From the NCBI GenBank assembly GCA_018303945.1, contig JAGVXD010000001.1, positions 2,877 through 66,876 of the forward strand: a DNA stretch of 64,000 nucleotides. The letters are read 5' to 3'. Below, one piece after another: positions 8,213 through 16,760 of the stretch (position 1 is the stretch's first letter; each line of letters begins with the position of its first letter). The translations under genes were made by a program, and so were the position numbers. Below the pieces are notes generated by a model. That model had not been told where the DNA came from, made no database searches, and worked only from the letters and a program-made list of their open reading frames with translations. The DNA is from Candidatus Pacearchaeota archaeon. Lineage in GTDB: Archaea; Nanobdellota; Nanobdellia; Pacearchaeales; GW2011-AR1.

Positions 8213-9618
8213 GTAAAGATTTTGAAGTTATTTATATCCCCGAACCACAACTTCTTTTTAATAAAAACAAACAGGCATATAATCCTTGTGTAGGCTTAAT
8301 AAAACATGGTCCTAGATTTTCTGGAAACAAAGAAGTAGATTACAAGGAGTTTAGAATAGGTATTATTGGTTCTGATAAAAGTATTTCTCAGGCTAAGGAT
8401 TTATTTGAACAGTTTCAATTTAAGATATCTCCTAAAAAAGAGGTAAAACCATGGAGAATTCCATTCCCTGGACTAAATAAAGAATCTCCATTAAATTTCT
8501 CTTTTGTCTTTAACCCAGAATGGGAGGGAGAGATAACTTCTAATGAAATGGTTTATTTAAAAGATAAAAGTAAGGGGAAAGAAAGAAATGAGGAGCTACT
8601 TAGTATAATTAAGGATAGAATGAAAAAAATATATCATAGCGAAAGCCCACCAGACATGATTTTAATAAGTATCCCCGAAGAATTATTTACTATTTTTAGT
8701 ACTTCTGGGTCAGATAAACCAAATATTAAATTAGATGATGATGATTTTCATAACCGAATTAAAATTCTAGCTATGGAATTAAAAATGCCAACACAACTAA
8801 TAAGACCTGAAACACTAAAACAAGATAAGACACAAGAACTTTTCTTGATTGCTTGGAATTTGGTAGTTGGAATCTTATATAAATGTCAAAGAGGACATCC
8901 TTGGAAATTAACTTATTTAGAAGAAGATACTTGTTACGTAGGAATATCATTTTTTAGAGAAAAGACAAAGAAAACAATAAGAGCTAGCCTTGCACAAATA
9001 TTCTTAGATACTGGTGAGAGTTTTGTTCTTAGAGGAGATTCATTTAAGTGGGTTAATAAAAAAAATCCAAACAGCCCACATTTATCAAAGGAGAGTTCAA
9101 AAGATATAATTGAATTGGTATTAAAACACTACAAAAGTGTTAGAAAAGGCAAGAATCCAACCAGGTTAGTTATCCATAAAAGCTCAGGATATTGGGAAGA
9201 AGAATTGGAAGGTTTTATTGAAGCATCTAAAGAAATTAAAAAGAGAGATTTTGTTACAATTTTAGATTCCGATGTGAAATTTTTTACTTCTAACAAATAC
9301 CCCGTTTTAAGAGGGACTTTGATAACAAACAAAGATACTAATTTTCTTTATACAACTGGCTTTGTTCCTACACTAGGAACTTATCCAGGGATAACTACTC
9401 CAAGACCTCTATCGATTAAATCTTATAACTTAGACTCGGATATAAAGAAGGTTTGTGAGGAGATATTATCTTTTACCAAATTAGATTGGAATAACACCTT
9501 TGTTTATAGTAAATTCCCTGTAACAATATCTGTTTCAAGAAAAGTAGGGAATATTATGGCTGAGACTGTAGCTCAAAATATTGAAGAATTAGACCCCCAT
9601 TATTTCTATTATATGTAG
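8209..9618 (+). CDS. Short prokaryotic Argonaute (MID-PIWI), catalytically degenerate PIWI
   Basis: PIWI-like blocks CYVGISFF (in place of GxDVxH), PTRLVIHKSSG (in place of iiYRDG), DFVTILDSDVKFF, GTLITNKDTNFLYTTGFVPTLGTYPGITTPRPLSI (matches the GTvvD...FyL...GTsrPthY block). The catalytic D positions appear to be S/S/T. 469 aa. Confidence 0.75.
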   Translation: MSKDFEVIYIPEPQLLFNKNKQAYNPCVGLIKHGPRFSGNKEVDYKEFRIGIIGSDKSISQAKDLFEQFQFKISPKKEVKPWRIPFPGLNKESPLNFSFVFNPEWEGEITSNEMVYLKDKSKGKERNEELLSIIKDRMKKIYHSESPPDMILISIPEELFTIFSTSGSDKPNIKLDDDDFHNRIKILAMELKMPTQLIRPETLKQDKTQELFLIAWNLVVGILYKCQRGHPWKLTYLEEDTCYVGISFFREKTKKTIRASLAQIFLDTGESFVLRGDSFKWVNKKNPNSPHLSKESSKDIIELVLKHYKSVRKGKNPTRLVIHKSSGYWEEELEGFIEASKEIKKRDFVTILDSDVKFFTSNKYPVLRGTLITNKDTNFLYTTGFVPTLGTYPGITTPRPLSIKSYNLDSDIKKVCEEILSFTKLDWNNTFVYSKFPVTISVSRKVGNIMAETVAQNIEELDPHYFYYM

Positions 9619-9694
9619 TTAGAATAACTTCCAAACTAGGCTATAAACCATGTGTAAAACACCTGAGAGCCCAGCTACAATCAAAGAACTACAT

Positions 9695-9853
9695 TCAAAT
9701 GTATAATTTTGGGACGACTGTAAGAACTTCAATCTTAACTTCAACAATTGTTCCAGGCTTTAAACTATCTTCAATTAGACGAGGAATTACGATTATAGCT
9801 TGGTTTCCGTGTTTTGCGATTCGTTTAGTTATCGTAAAGCATTTTTTCTCCAT
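9695..9853 (-). CDS. Small AbrB/MazE (SpoVT_AbrB)-like swapped-hairpin protein, 52 aa; not in ORF track
   Basis: Manual translation: MEKKCFTITKRIAKHGNQAIIVIPRLIEDSLKPGTIVEVKIEVLTVVPKLYI. It starts 1 nt after the stop of the 9855..10679 gene. Confidence 0.45.
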   Translation of the reverse strand: MEKKCFTITKRIAKHGNQAIIVIPRLIEDSLKPGTIVEVKIEVLTVVPKLYI

Positions 9854-9854
9854 T

Positions 9855-10679
9855 TTATTTTACACCTCTAATAATCTTTTTTACAAAACTCATTGAAATA
9901 GAATCGCCTGTATCATTAAATTTGACTGCTTTCTTTTCTTCATCAGACAATGTTGACCTAAGATATTCGTTCCATGCTTGAAGTTTTGATTCATCTCCTA
10001 GAAAGTCGCTTTCAAGAAGGTTTTTGGTTGTATAATTAAATATTCCATCATAAACAATTTCAATATCTCTAAATCCTGCTTCTTTTAATTGCTTGAATAT
10101 ATCTGTTTCATGGGAAAAATGTCTATTTTCAACAAAACTATCAAAACCTGCTAATTCGTCTTTCTTTTTCACTAATTCTCTAAAGCAACGGCTCAGTTCT
10201 GGTGTTTGACCAAAAGATTCCCAAATATATATTTCACCATGTTCTTTCAAGGCATTATAGGCATTTTGAATAATTCTCGGTTGGTCATTCTTTGGTACTT
10301 CATGTAAACCCATTTTAATAACTGCCTTGTCAAGAATATTTTCAAGGGATAGACATCTAGCATCTTCTACTCTCTTTTGGACTGCGTATCCTTGAAGTTC
10401 ATATGGAGCAAGATACGAAGTAGATTTGTTTATTTGCTCTTCATATGCATCAGTCAAAATAACTCGGACATAGAGATTGTTTTTAGAGCAATAGTCTAAT
10501 ACCTTTCTAGATACCGCACCATACCCAGACATAATATCGCCCATAGTCATTCCGTTTTTCAGATTCATTGACTCTATCAATTTATCAAAGGCTTCATCCT
10601 CGTTTCCATGAGCTTTGCTAAAGTCAACATTTCTTTGATTCCATCCTTGATGTTTTGTCTTCTGTTCCATATTAGTCAC
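9855..10679 (-). CDS. Class I SAM-dependent methyltransferase (small-molecule/protein MTase-like)
   Basis: Glycine-rich SAM motif DIMSGYGAV followed by an acidic loop. No DNA MTase motifs. Confidence 0.45.
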   Translation of the reverse strand: MTNMEQKTKHQGWNQRNVDFSKAHGNEDEAFDKLIESMNLKNGMTMGDIMSGYGAVSRKVLDYCSKNNLYVRVILTDAYEEQINKSTSYLAPYELQGYAVQKRVEDARCLSLENILDKAVIKMGLHEVPKNDQPRIIQNAYNALKEHGEIYIWESFGQTPELSRCFRELVKKKDELAGFDSFVENRHFSHETDIFKQLKEAGFRDIEIVYDGIFNYTTKNLLESDFLGDESKLQAWNEYLRSTLSDEEKKAVKFNDTGDSISMSFVKKIIRGVK

Positions 10680-10764
10680 TTAATAGTAATTACAGAAAAC
10701 AACATATAAAGCATGTGTGTCTAATAATAGACAACTTTAAATATTGCATAAACGTTAATCTTCT

Positions 10765-11469
10765 ATGGAGGATATGATACTGACAGACCTCGGCTTAACT
10801 GAAGCAGAATCCAAGATTTACTTTGCCGTACTCAAATTGAAAACTTGTACGGTTCGAGATATAACAAAGGAATGTGGTTTTCATAGAACAAACATCTATG
10901 ATATACTAGAACAATTAAGAGAAAAAGGTCTTATTTCAATACATAAAGAAGGAAAGACAACAAGGTATAGTGCATCTGACCCGAATAATCTATATGAATT
11001 ATTGAGAGAGAAAAAGGAGCTCCTGGATTCAATTTTTCCATCATTAGAGAAGTTTTACAAATCATCTTCTGATGAAATAAAAGTCGAAGTCTTCAAAGGT
11101 GATGAAGGTATGAAATCCGCATGGAGAGATATGATTCGTGAAGGAAAGCCACTTTATGGTTTCGGGATTAAAGGTCAACTAAGAGAAAAATTACCCGTGT
11201 TTGCTGAACAATGGCTAAGAGATGTGAAAAATAAGAAAATACCTTATTATGGCATTTATACAAAAAGAGGAAATCTCCCATCATATTACACACAAGTTAA
11301 ATTCGTTTCAGAGGAATTATCTAGCCCAGTTGCTACTTTTATCTATGGGGATAAGATAAATATAAACATCTGGGATCCAACACTAGTTTGCATTGTAATT
11401 AAATCAAAGCTAGTAGCTGAAATGTATAAGAAACATTTTGACTTATTATGGAAGATAGCTAAAAAGTGA
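10765..11469 (+). CDS. TrmB-family transcriptional regulator (archaeal sugar-responsive regulator family)
   Basis: N-terminal winged HTH LGLTEAESKIYFAVLKLKTCTVRDITKECGFHRTNIYDILEQLREKGLI typical of TrmB. Confidence 0.6.
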   Translation: MEDMILTDLGLTEAESKIYFAVLKLKTCTVRDITKECGFHRTNIYDILEQLREKGLISIHKEGKTTRYSASDPNNLYELLREKKELLDSIFPSLEKFYKSSSDEIKVEVFKGDEGMKSAWRDMIREGKPLYGFGIKGQLREKLPVFAEQWLRDVKNKKIPYYGIYTKRGNLPSYYTQVKFVSEELSSPVATFIYGDKININIWDPTLVCIVIKSKLVAEMYKKHFDLLWKIAKK

Positions 11470-11786
11470 ATATAAAAAAACCTTATCATTCTAACCAATA
11501 ACAGGCTAAATAAAAAAGTTATTAGTATTGTGTGGATAAATCACCCAATTGATTTAAGATGTGTTTTTCCCAATAGAAACGTCTTATAACCAACTATTCT
11601 TAACAAGACACAGATAAATGCCTTATCCACACAAAAATACTTAAATGTGATTCTCTATAGGCTATCTAAGTAATCCTAATAAAAAAATGATATACAAAGA
11701 CTTAAAAGACAAATATTATTCTAAATCATTGAGCGTAAGCTTAGCGTTACCTTTAAACCGCAAGGTTATAGAGGTATCGTTTTCAT

Positions 11787-11858
11787 GGCGGATGTAGTTT
11801 AACGGTAGAACAACGGACTGTGGCTCCGTAGACGAGGGTTCGACTCCCTCCTCCCGCT
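11787..11858 (+). tRNA. Putative tRNA-His (anticodon GTG) with G at -1; imperfect acceptor stem; possible pseudo-tRNA
   Basis: Anticodon arm ACGGA-CTGTGGC-TCCGT, T-arm GAGGG-TTCGACT-CCCTC, D-arm GTTT/AAGC-like. The acceptor stem GCGGATG/CTCCCGC has A-C and T-T mismatches. Confidence 0.4.
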
Positions 11859-12110
11859 CTTTATATTATGTCGGGAACCACCGCACCCTAAAGGGTGCGG
11901 TAAACGCAAGGACTTTTTGATGTTGATGAAATTGACACTTGATTACGGGAGAATTGCCTTTAGTCTGCATGGGAAAGTTCCGGCGGACATTTATTTTGCA
12001 TTCGGAAAATTATTTTAAAGGTTGTGACAAATGTCTATGTCCTGTAACATTACTTAAATCATCGCAAGCTTTTTAAACCGAGTTTTGCTTCACTCTTCGT
12101 TAATAGTACC

Positions 12111-12707
12111 ATGTTTTATTTAGTAGAAGTAGAGGATCATATAAGGGTAGAACCAAAACATTTTGGATTGCCTACTAACGAGGCTATTCAGAAACAGTTA
12201 AAAGAGAGTTATGTAAATAAGCACTTTAAGGAGCTTGGATTCATCATAGGGGTTATTTCTGTAGAACATATTGATGATGGAGTTATAATTCCTGGAGACG
12301 GCGCCGCATTCTATCGCTCAATATTCAAGCTTCTTGTCTGGAAACCTGAACTGCATGAATTAGTGCATGGCACAATAGCTGAAATAACCAATTTTGGGGC
12401 GTTTATCCAAGTAGGCCCAGCTCAAGGAATGATTCACATCTCTCAAACTATGGAAGATTATGTATCATTAAGCAAGACTGGCACACTTTCAGGAAAAGCT
12501 TCAAAAAGAAGTATTTCGAAAGACGATGAATGTCTTGCAAGAATAGTCGCTATAAGCTATAAATCTGGAGAGCCAAAAATAGGACTGACGATGCGTCAGC
12601 CTGGATTAGGCAAGCTGGAGTGGCTAAAAGAAGATAAGAAGAAAAAAGAAGCCGGAGCAAAATCTACTGAAAAAAAGGAAAAGAAATCAAAAGGAGAGAA
12701 AAAATAA
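12111..12707 (+). CDS. rpoE: DNA-directed RNA polymerase subunit E' / Rpo7 (S1 domain) with lysine-rich tail
   Basis: MFYLVEVEDHIRVEP start, S1-like core, gene order rpoE-spt4-rps24e-rps27ae. Confidence 0.8.
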   Translation: MFYLVEVEDHIRVEPKHFGLPTNEAIQKQLKESYVNKHFKELGFIIGVISVEHIDDGVIIPGDGAAFYRSIFKLLVWKPELHELVHGTIAEITNFGAFIQVGPAQGMIHISQTMEDYVSLSKTGTLSGKASKRSISKDDECLARIVAISYKSGEPKIGLTMRQPGLGKLEWLKEDKKKKEAGAKSTEKKEKKSKGEKK

Positions 12708-12896
12708 ATGGCGCAAAAAATATGTAAGGGATGCAAGTCAATATTTGAAGGGGGCAATGAATGCCCTAATTGTGGCTCTAAGGAGTTCGCAGAAAATTAT
12801 AAAGGCAAAATGGTAATAATAAATCCTGAAAGTTCTGAAATTGCTAAAAATCTTAAACTATCTAAGAAAGGAACATTCGCGGTGAAGCTAGGATGA
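12708..12896 (+). CDS. spt4: Transcription elongation factor Spt4 / RpoE'' (zinc ribbon)
   Basis: CKGCKS...CPNCGS zinc ribbon, 62 aa, immediately after rpoE. Confidence 0.75.
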   Translation: MAQKICKGCKSIFEGGNECPNCGSKEFAENYKGKMVIINPESSEIAKNLKLSKKGTFAVKLG

Positions 12897-13165
12897 AAAT
12901 AACAAGCGAATTAAAGAACAAGTTGCTTATGAGGAAAGAATTAAAGGCAATTGTTGAGTCTGAAAGCAATCCGGGAAAGGTAAAATGCATCTCTTTGTTA
13001 GCTGAAAAATTCAATGTCTCCCCTGAATTAATTGCCTTGAGAAATATATACAGCAATTTTGGCAGAAAAACATTTGACATTGAAGCATTCATATATGACT
13101 CTGCAGAAGATAAAAATAGAACAGAGCCAAGACCTAAAGTGGTAGCAAAGAAGGAGGGGGCATAA
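12893..13165 (+). CDS. rps24e: 30S ribosomal protein S24e
   Basis: MKITSELKNKLLMRKELKAIVESE... matches the S24e N-terminal pattern. Confidence 0.8.
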   Translation: MKITSELKNKLLMRKELKAIVESESNPGKVKCISLLAEKFNVSPELIALRNIYSNFGRKTFDIEAFIYDSAEDKNRTEPRPKVVAKKEGA

Positions 13166-13166
13166 T

Positions 13167-13385
13167 ATGTCTGAAAGAGCGGGTGGAACAGCAAAAGGCG
13201 GAGAAGGTAAGAAGCCGCATAAGAACAAGCCCACAAGCAAGAAATACATTCACTATACTATTTCCGGAGATTCTCTTAAGAAAAAAAAGCACTGTGTCAA
13301 ATGCGGACCCGGGATTTTCCTCGCAGTGCACAAAGACCGTCTTGCCTGTGGCAAATGTCATTATACTGAATTTCTCAATAAATAA
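13167..13385 (+). CDS. rps27ae: 30S ribosomal protein S27ae (zinc finger)
   Basis: CVKCGPG...CGKCHYTEF C4 zinc ribbon, basic N-terminus. Confidence 0.75.
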   Translation: MSERAGGTAKGGEGKKPHKNKPTSKKYIHYTISGDSLKKKKHCVKCGPGIFLAVHKDRLACGKCHYTEFLNK

Positions 13386-13761
13386 ATGTCAAAAAAATTT
13401 GAAGAATTAAATACTTCAGCTCTCTTTTCTTTAAAGAATATGAAATCCTCTTTATCATCCTCTTTTTCCTTCTTCTCCCAGAAAATACCTTATCTCTTAT
13501 GAAAAACCTATAAAACCATACAAAAGTTTAACTCAGTTGTAAACCCATGAAGAGGAGGCCTCATCAATCAAAAAGAGCGATGAAACGTCCTCTTCTGGGA
13601 AAAAAGAGGTGATACTATTCTTAGGTAACTACCCTTTATAAACTTTTCTATATGTTGTAACTATTAAATGAACACATAAATCAAGCTCTTATTCCTAAAG
13701 ATTTTTCAGTATAAATGCATTCAAACAAAAAGACATATAAAGCCTCATCCCTAATTAATAA

Positions 13762-14694
13762 GTGGAAAAAGAAAATGCGCAAGTTCAAGCCGCGCACCCA
13801 AATAAAGTAGGACAAGAACAGATTCATGGATTATTGTTTAGTGATAAGTTAAGTTGGCAGGCAATTATTTATGACCTTATTAATACTGAACAGCTTGACC
13901 CGTGGGACATAAACATTTCGCTCCTATCTGAAAAATTCCTTGAACGTGTTCGAGCTCTGGAAGAAGCAAATTTTTTCATATCGAGTAAAGTTCTTCTTGC
14001 CGCATCGCTTCTTCTTAGAATAAAATCTGAAATTCTTCTGCATGAAGATATACGGAGCCTTGATGCCGTTTTGTTTGGAGAGAAAGAAGAAAAGCATTAT
14101 ATTCAAGAGCGCATAGAACTGGATGAAGAAATACCTGAACTTATAGTACGCACACCCTTGCCTAGATTTAAGAAAGTTACATTGGAAGAGATAATGATTG
14201 CTCTTGGAACTGCTATAAAAACAGAAAATAGAAGAATAAGAAAAGTAATAGTTGCAAAACAACAGGAATTTGAGACAGCCAGCTCTCTTCCTAAGCAAAG
14301 AATAAACGTTCAGGACAAAATAAAAGAAGTGTATAGAAAACTTGAAGATATATTTAAGAAGAGAAAAGATAGGCTGTCCTTGAGTGAACTGGCTGGAAAA
14401 ACAAACGAGGAGAAGATAGCTACATTCATACCTCTATTGCATCTGGATAATCAGCATAAAGTCTGGCTTGAGCAGGAAGGACACTGCGAGGAAATATGGA
14501 TTTGGCTTAAGAATCTATATGAAAAAGCAAATGCTGAAGAACTGGCAAAGCTAGAAAAAGAAGTGGAAGCAGAATTAACTAAAATCAAGGAAGAGGAGAG
14601 AGAGGAGAAAATAGAAGAGGAAGAAGAGACTATTCAGGACCGTTTTTTAGACAAAAGAATAAAAGAATCTACTGAAGAAGATAGCCAGATTTAA
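13762..14694 (+). CDS. scpA: Segregation and condensation protein A (ScpA kleisin); GTG start
   Basis: LDPWDINISLLSEKFLERV...LLAASLLLRIKSEILL ScpA signature; acidic C-terminus. Confidence 0.7.
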   Translation: MEKENAQVQAAHPNKVGQEQIHGLLFSDKLSWQAIIYDLINTEQLDPWDINISLLSEKFLERVRALEEANFFISSKVLLAASLLLRIKSEILLHEDIRSLDAVLFGEKEEKHYIQERIELDEEIPELIVRTPLPRFKKVTLEEIMIALGTAIKTENRRIRKVIVAKQQEFETASSLPKQRINVQDKIKEVYRKLEDIFKKRKDRLSLSELAGKTNEEKIATFIPLLHLDNQHKVWLEQEGHCEEIWIWLKNLYEKANAEELAKLEKEVEAELTKIKEEEREEKIEEEEETIQDRFLDKRIKESTEEDSQI

Positions 14695-15934
14695 TATGTT
14701 TGACGAAAACATTAATTACCTGCTTTTCAGATAAATACTTCTCTTCTCCTGAAACCATGTTTTTAAGTTTGAATTTCTTTTTTGCGACTTCTTCGTCGCC
14801 AATAAATATTACATATGGAATCTTTAATGAATTTGCATACTCTAAGGCTTTCCCGGGCTTGCCTGAAGAAGTAATGCAGTTTATTCCTTCTGTCCTTAGT
14901 GCCTTAGCCAATTTTCTCATCTGGCTATCGCGATTTAAAGAAATTACTGAAGCAACTATTGAATCTGGAATATTAACTTTTGCTAAATCGCTCACTCTCT
15001 CTAATCCGAAAGAAATTCCTACTGCAGGTATTTCACGATTGACATACTTTCCTACAACCCGGTCATATCTACCTCCTGCAGCAATAGTTATATTTCCTCC
15101 GTTTTGTTTTACTTCGAAAATATTCCCAGTATAATATCCCAATCCTCTAATCATGCTTGGAGTAAAGAAAATTTTAACTCCATATTGCCTGCATTTTTTT
15201 TCTAACTGTTCAAGTTCGGCGGCACCATCGAAAGCATTACTTATAAAAAATGATAAATCCTTCTCCAGAAGCTTAAACAATGTAATCACTTGATTAGTAT
15301 CTGCAAACTTTTTAAGATTAGCCTTGACTAAATCTTCTCCAATTTTATCAAGCTTATCAAGTTCTCGCATGACTTGATTTACATCACCTATCTGAACGCT
15401 TTCAATTAGTGAATTAATCAGTTTCCTATTATTCACACATATTCTAGCTTCAATGCCTAGTTCTTTTACAATATCGCTAAGCATTGCAAGAAGTTCTGCG
15501 TCAGAATCTACACTGCTCTCTCCAACTACATCTGCGTCACACTGTGTAAACTGTCTGAATCTTCCTGGACCTATTGGCTCATCCCTGAAAACCTCTCCGA
15601 TTTGATAGCGTTTAAAAGGAAGTTTGATATTCGGATTCTGTTTGAATATCCTTGACAGCTGAAAAGTAAATTCGTATCTTAAACCTAGATTTCTTCCCCC
15701 CCTATCTCTTAATCTAAATCTGTCGGATACGGCCTCATCTGCTGGCTCAAGATTGTCCGGCTTCATTATCTCGTCGAATTCTATTACTGGGGTCTCAATA
15801 GGAAGAAAACCGTACAATTTGAAATGTTTTTCTATAATCTCCTTGACAAACCTTCTCCTTACAGATTCCGGAGGCAAGTAGTCCTGAAATCCCTTTACTG
15901 TATCAACTTCTACTAGCATATATTTCTGATACAA
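14669..15934 (-). CDS. hisS: Histidyl-tRNA synthetase
   Basis: Class II aaRS motifs incl. GGRYD, GISFGLERV. 421 aa. Confidence 0.9.
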   Translation of the reverse strand: MYQKYMLVEVDTVKGFQDYLPPESVRRRFVKEIIEKHFKLYGFLPIETPVIEFDEIMKPDNLEPADEAVSDRFRLRDRGGRNLGLRYEFTFQLSRIFKQNPNIKLPFKRYQIGEVFRDEPIGPGRFRQFTQCDADVVGESSVDSDAELLAMLSDIVKELGIEARICVNNRKLINSLIESVQIGDVNQVMRELDKLDKIGEDLVKANLKKFADTNQVITLFKLLEKDLSFFISNAFDGAAELEQLEKKCRQYGVKIFFTPSMIRGLGYYTGNIFEVKQNGGNITIAAGGRYDRVVGKYVNREIPAVGISFGLERVSDLAKVNIPDSIVASVISLNRDSQMRKLAKALRTEGINCITSSGKPGKALEYANSLKIPYVIFIGDEEVAKKKFKLKNMVSGEEKYLSEKQVINVFVKHIKSGYLLQ

Positions 15935-15967
15935 TAAGTATATAAAAATGCTTTGCTATTGATAATT

Positions 15968-16504
15968 CTAAGACTTATTGCTGAATGAAACTTTGGTTGC
16001 GCAAGGAAGTTTGGCTTTTATTACATTAAGCATATCCCGTGCTAATCGCGCGGCTTTCTCGTTTGAACATGATATAAAAAATATCTCCTGCCCGGCATTG
16101 ACTATTGCCGCCCGCCCGATAACTACGCCATAAGAATGAGTCATTCCGGTAGAAATACGGTCTGCTCCAGCTCCAGCACTAAGTTTGTTCTCTCTAAGAA
16201 TATGGTGGGGATATACTTTCAAAGCTAGATAATACTGTCCAAGTATCTGTTCATCTAAAATCTTTGTAAGGTACATTCTGCAAGATTCAAGAGCATTGTC
16301 TCTTATCTGCGTCTTCTGATTAGCAATAATTCTTACAAAAAAAGAATGCTTGCCTGCTCGATAGTCTTCAGCGGCTCCCTGATGAAATTTAGCAATTTTG
16401 CTTCCTGGTACGGTCTTTATATATGCCCTATTCTTATTTCTGGATTTTCTTGTAAACGGGCGGGCTTTTTTCTTAGAATAAGCTGATGCTTTTCTCAATG
16501 CCAT
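15968..16504 (-). CDS. rpl10e: 50S ribosomal protein L10e (uL16); start at internal Met (MALRKASAYSKK)
   Basis: L10e core; the track ORF to 16618 carries an implausible N-terminal extension overlapping the next gene. Confidence 0.8.
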   Translation of the reverse strand: MALRKASAYSKKKARPFTRKSRNKNRAYIKTVPGSKIAKFHQGAAEDYRAGKHSFFVRIIANQKTQIRDNALESCRMYLTKILDEQILGQYYLALKVYPHHILRENKLSAGAGADRISTGMTHSYGVVIGRAAIVNAGQEIFFISCSNEKAARLARDMLNVIKAKLPCATKVSFSNKS

Positions 16505-16505
16505 A

Positions 16506-16760
16506 TTAATCTGCTCCCCCTCTCGCAGGAGAAATAAAAAATTCTGGTGAAGAATCAGGAGGAAGTTTGATAGATGCGACAGCAGAACGAACTTGTCGTG
16601 CAGTAAGTCCGTTTTCACGCAAATATTCTGTGTCTAGTCTTAAGACTAGAGAGTATCGCTCTCCCTCCCGCAAATCATCCAAATCTAAAAAAAGAGGAGT
16701 TTCAGGTGCACTGCCAACATGAGTATCTGCGTCATAAACATAATTAAATAAATAAGCCAT
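16506..16760 (-). CDS. Hypothetical small protein (84 aa) packed between rpl35ae and rpl10e
   Basis: Its start overlaps the L35Ae stop and its stop sits 1 nt before the L10e start. Coding-like composition. No motif recognised. Confidence 0.4.
   Translation of the reverse strand: MAYLFNYVYDADTHVGSAPETPLFLDLDDLREGERYSLVLRLDTEYLRENGLTARQVRSAVASIKLPPDSSPEFFISPARGGAD

Noticed and set aside
9699-9896. 65-aa plus-strand ORF in the track
   Set aside because: It overlaps a much more protein-like AbrB/MazE-type ORF on the minus strand and the 3' end of the 9855..10679 gene. It is low-complexity and hydrophobic, so likely spurious.
13540-13620. Candidate C/D-box sRNA (8-bp GAAGAGGA/TCCTCTTC stem enclosing GATGAAA- and CTGG-like boxes)
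   Set aside because: The box sequences are imperfect (no clean RUGAUGA or CUGA) and there is no guide complementarity I could identify.
15968-16618. N-terminal 38-aa extension of L10e in the track ORF
   Set aside because: The conserved L10e N-terminus starts at the internal Met (MALRKASAYSKK, 16504). The extension overlaps the upstream gene.
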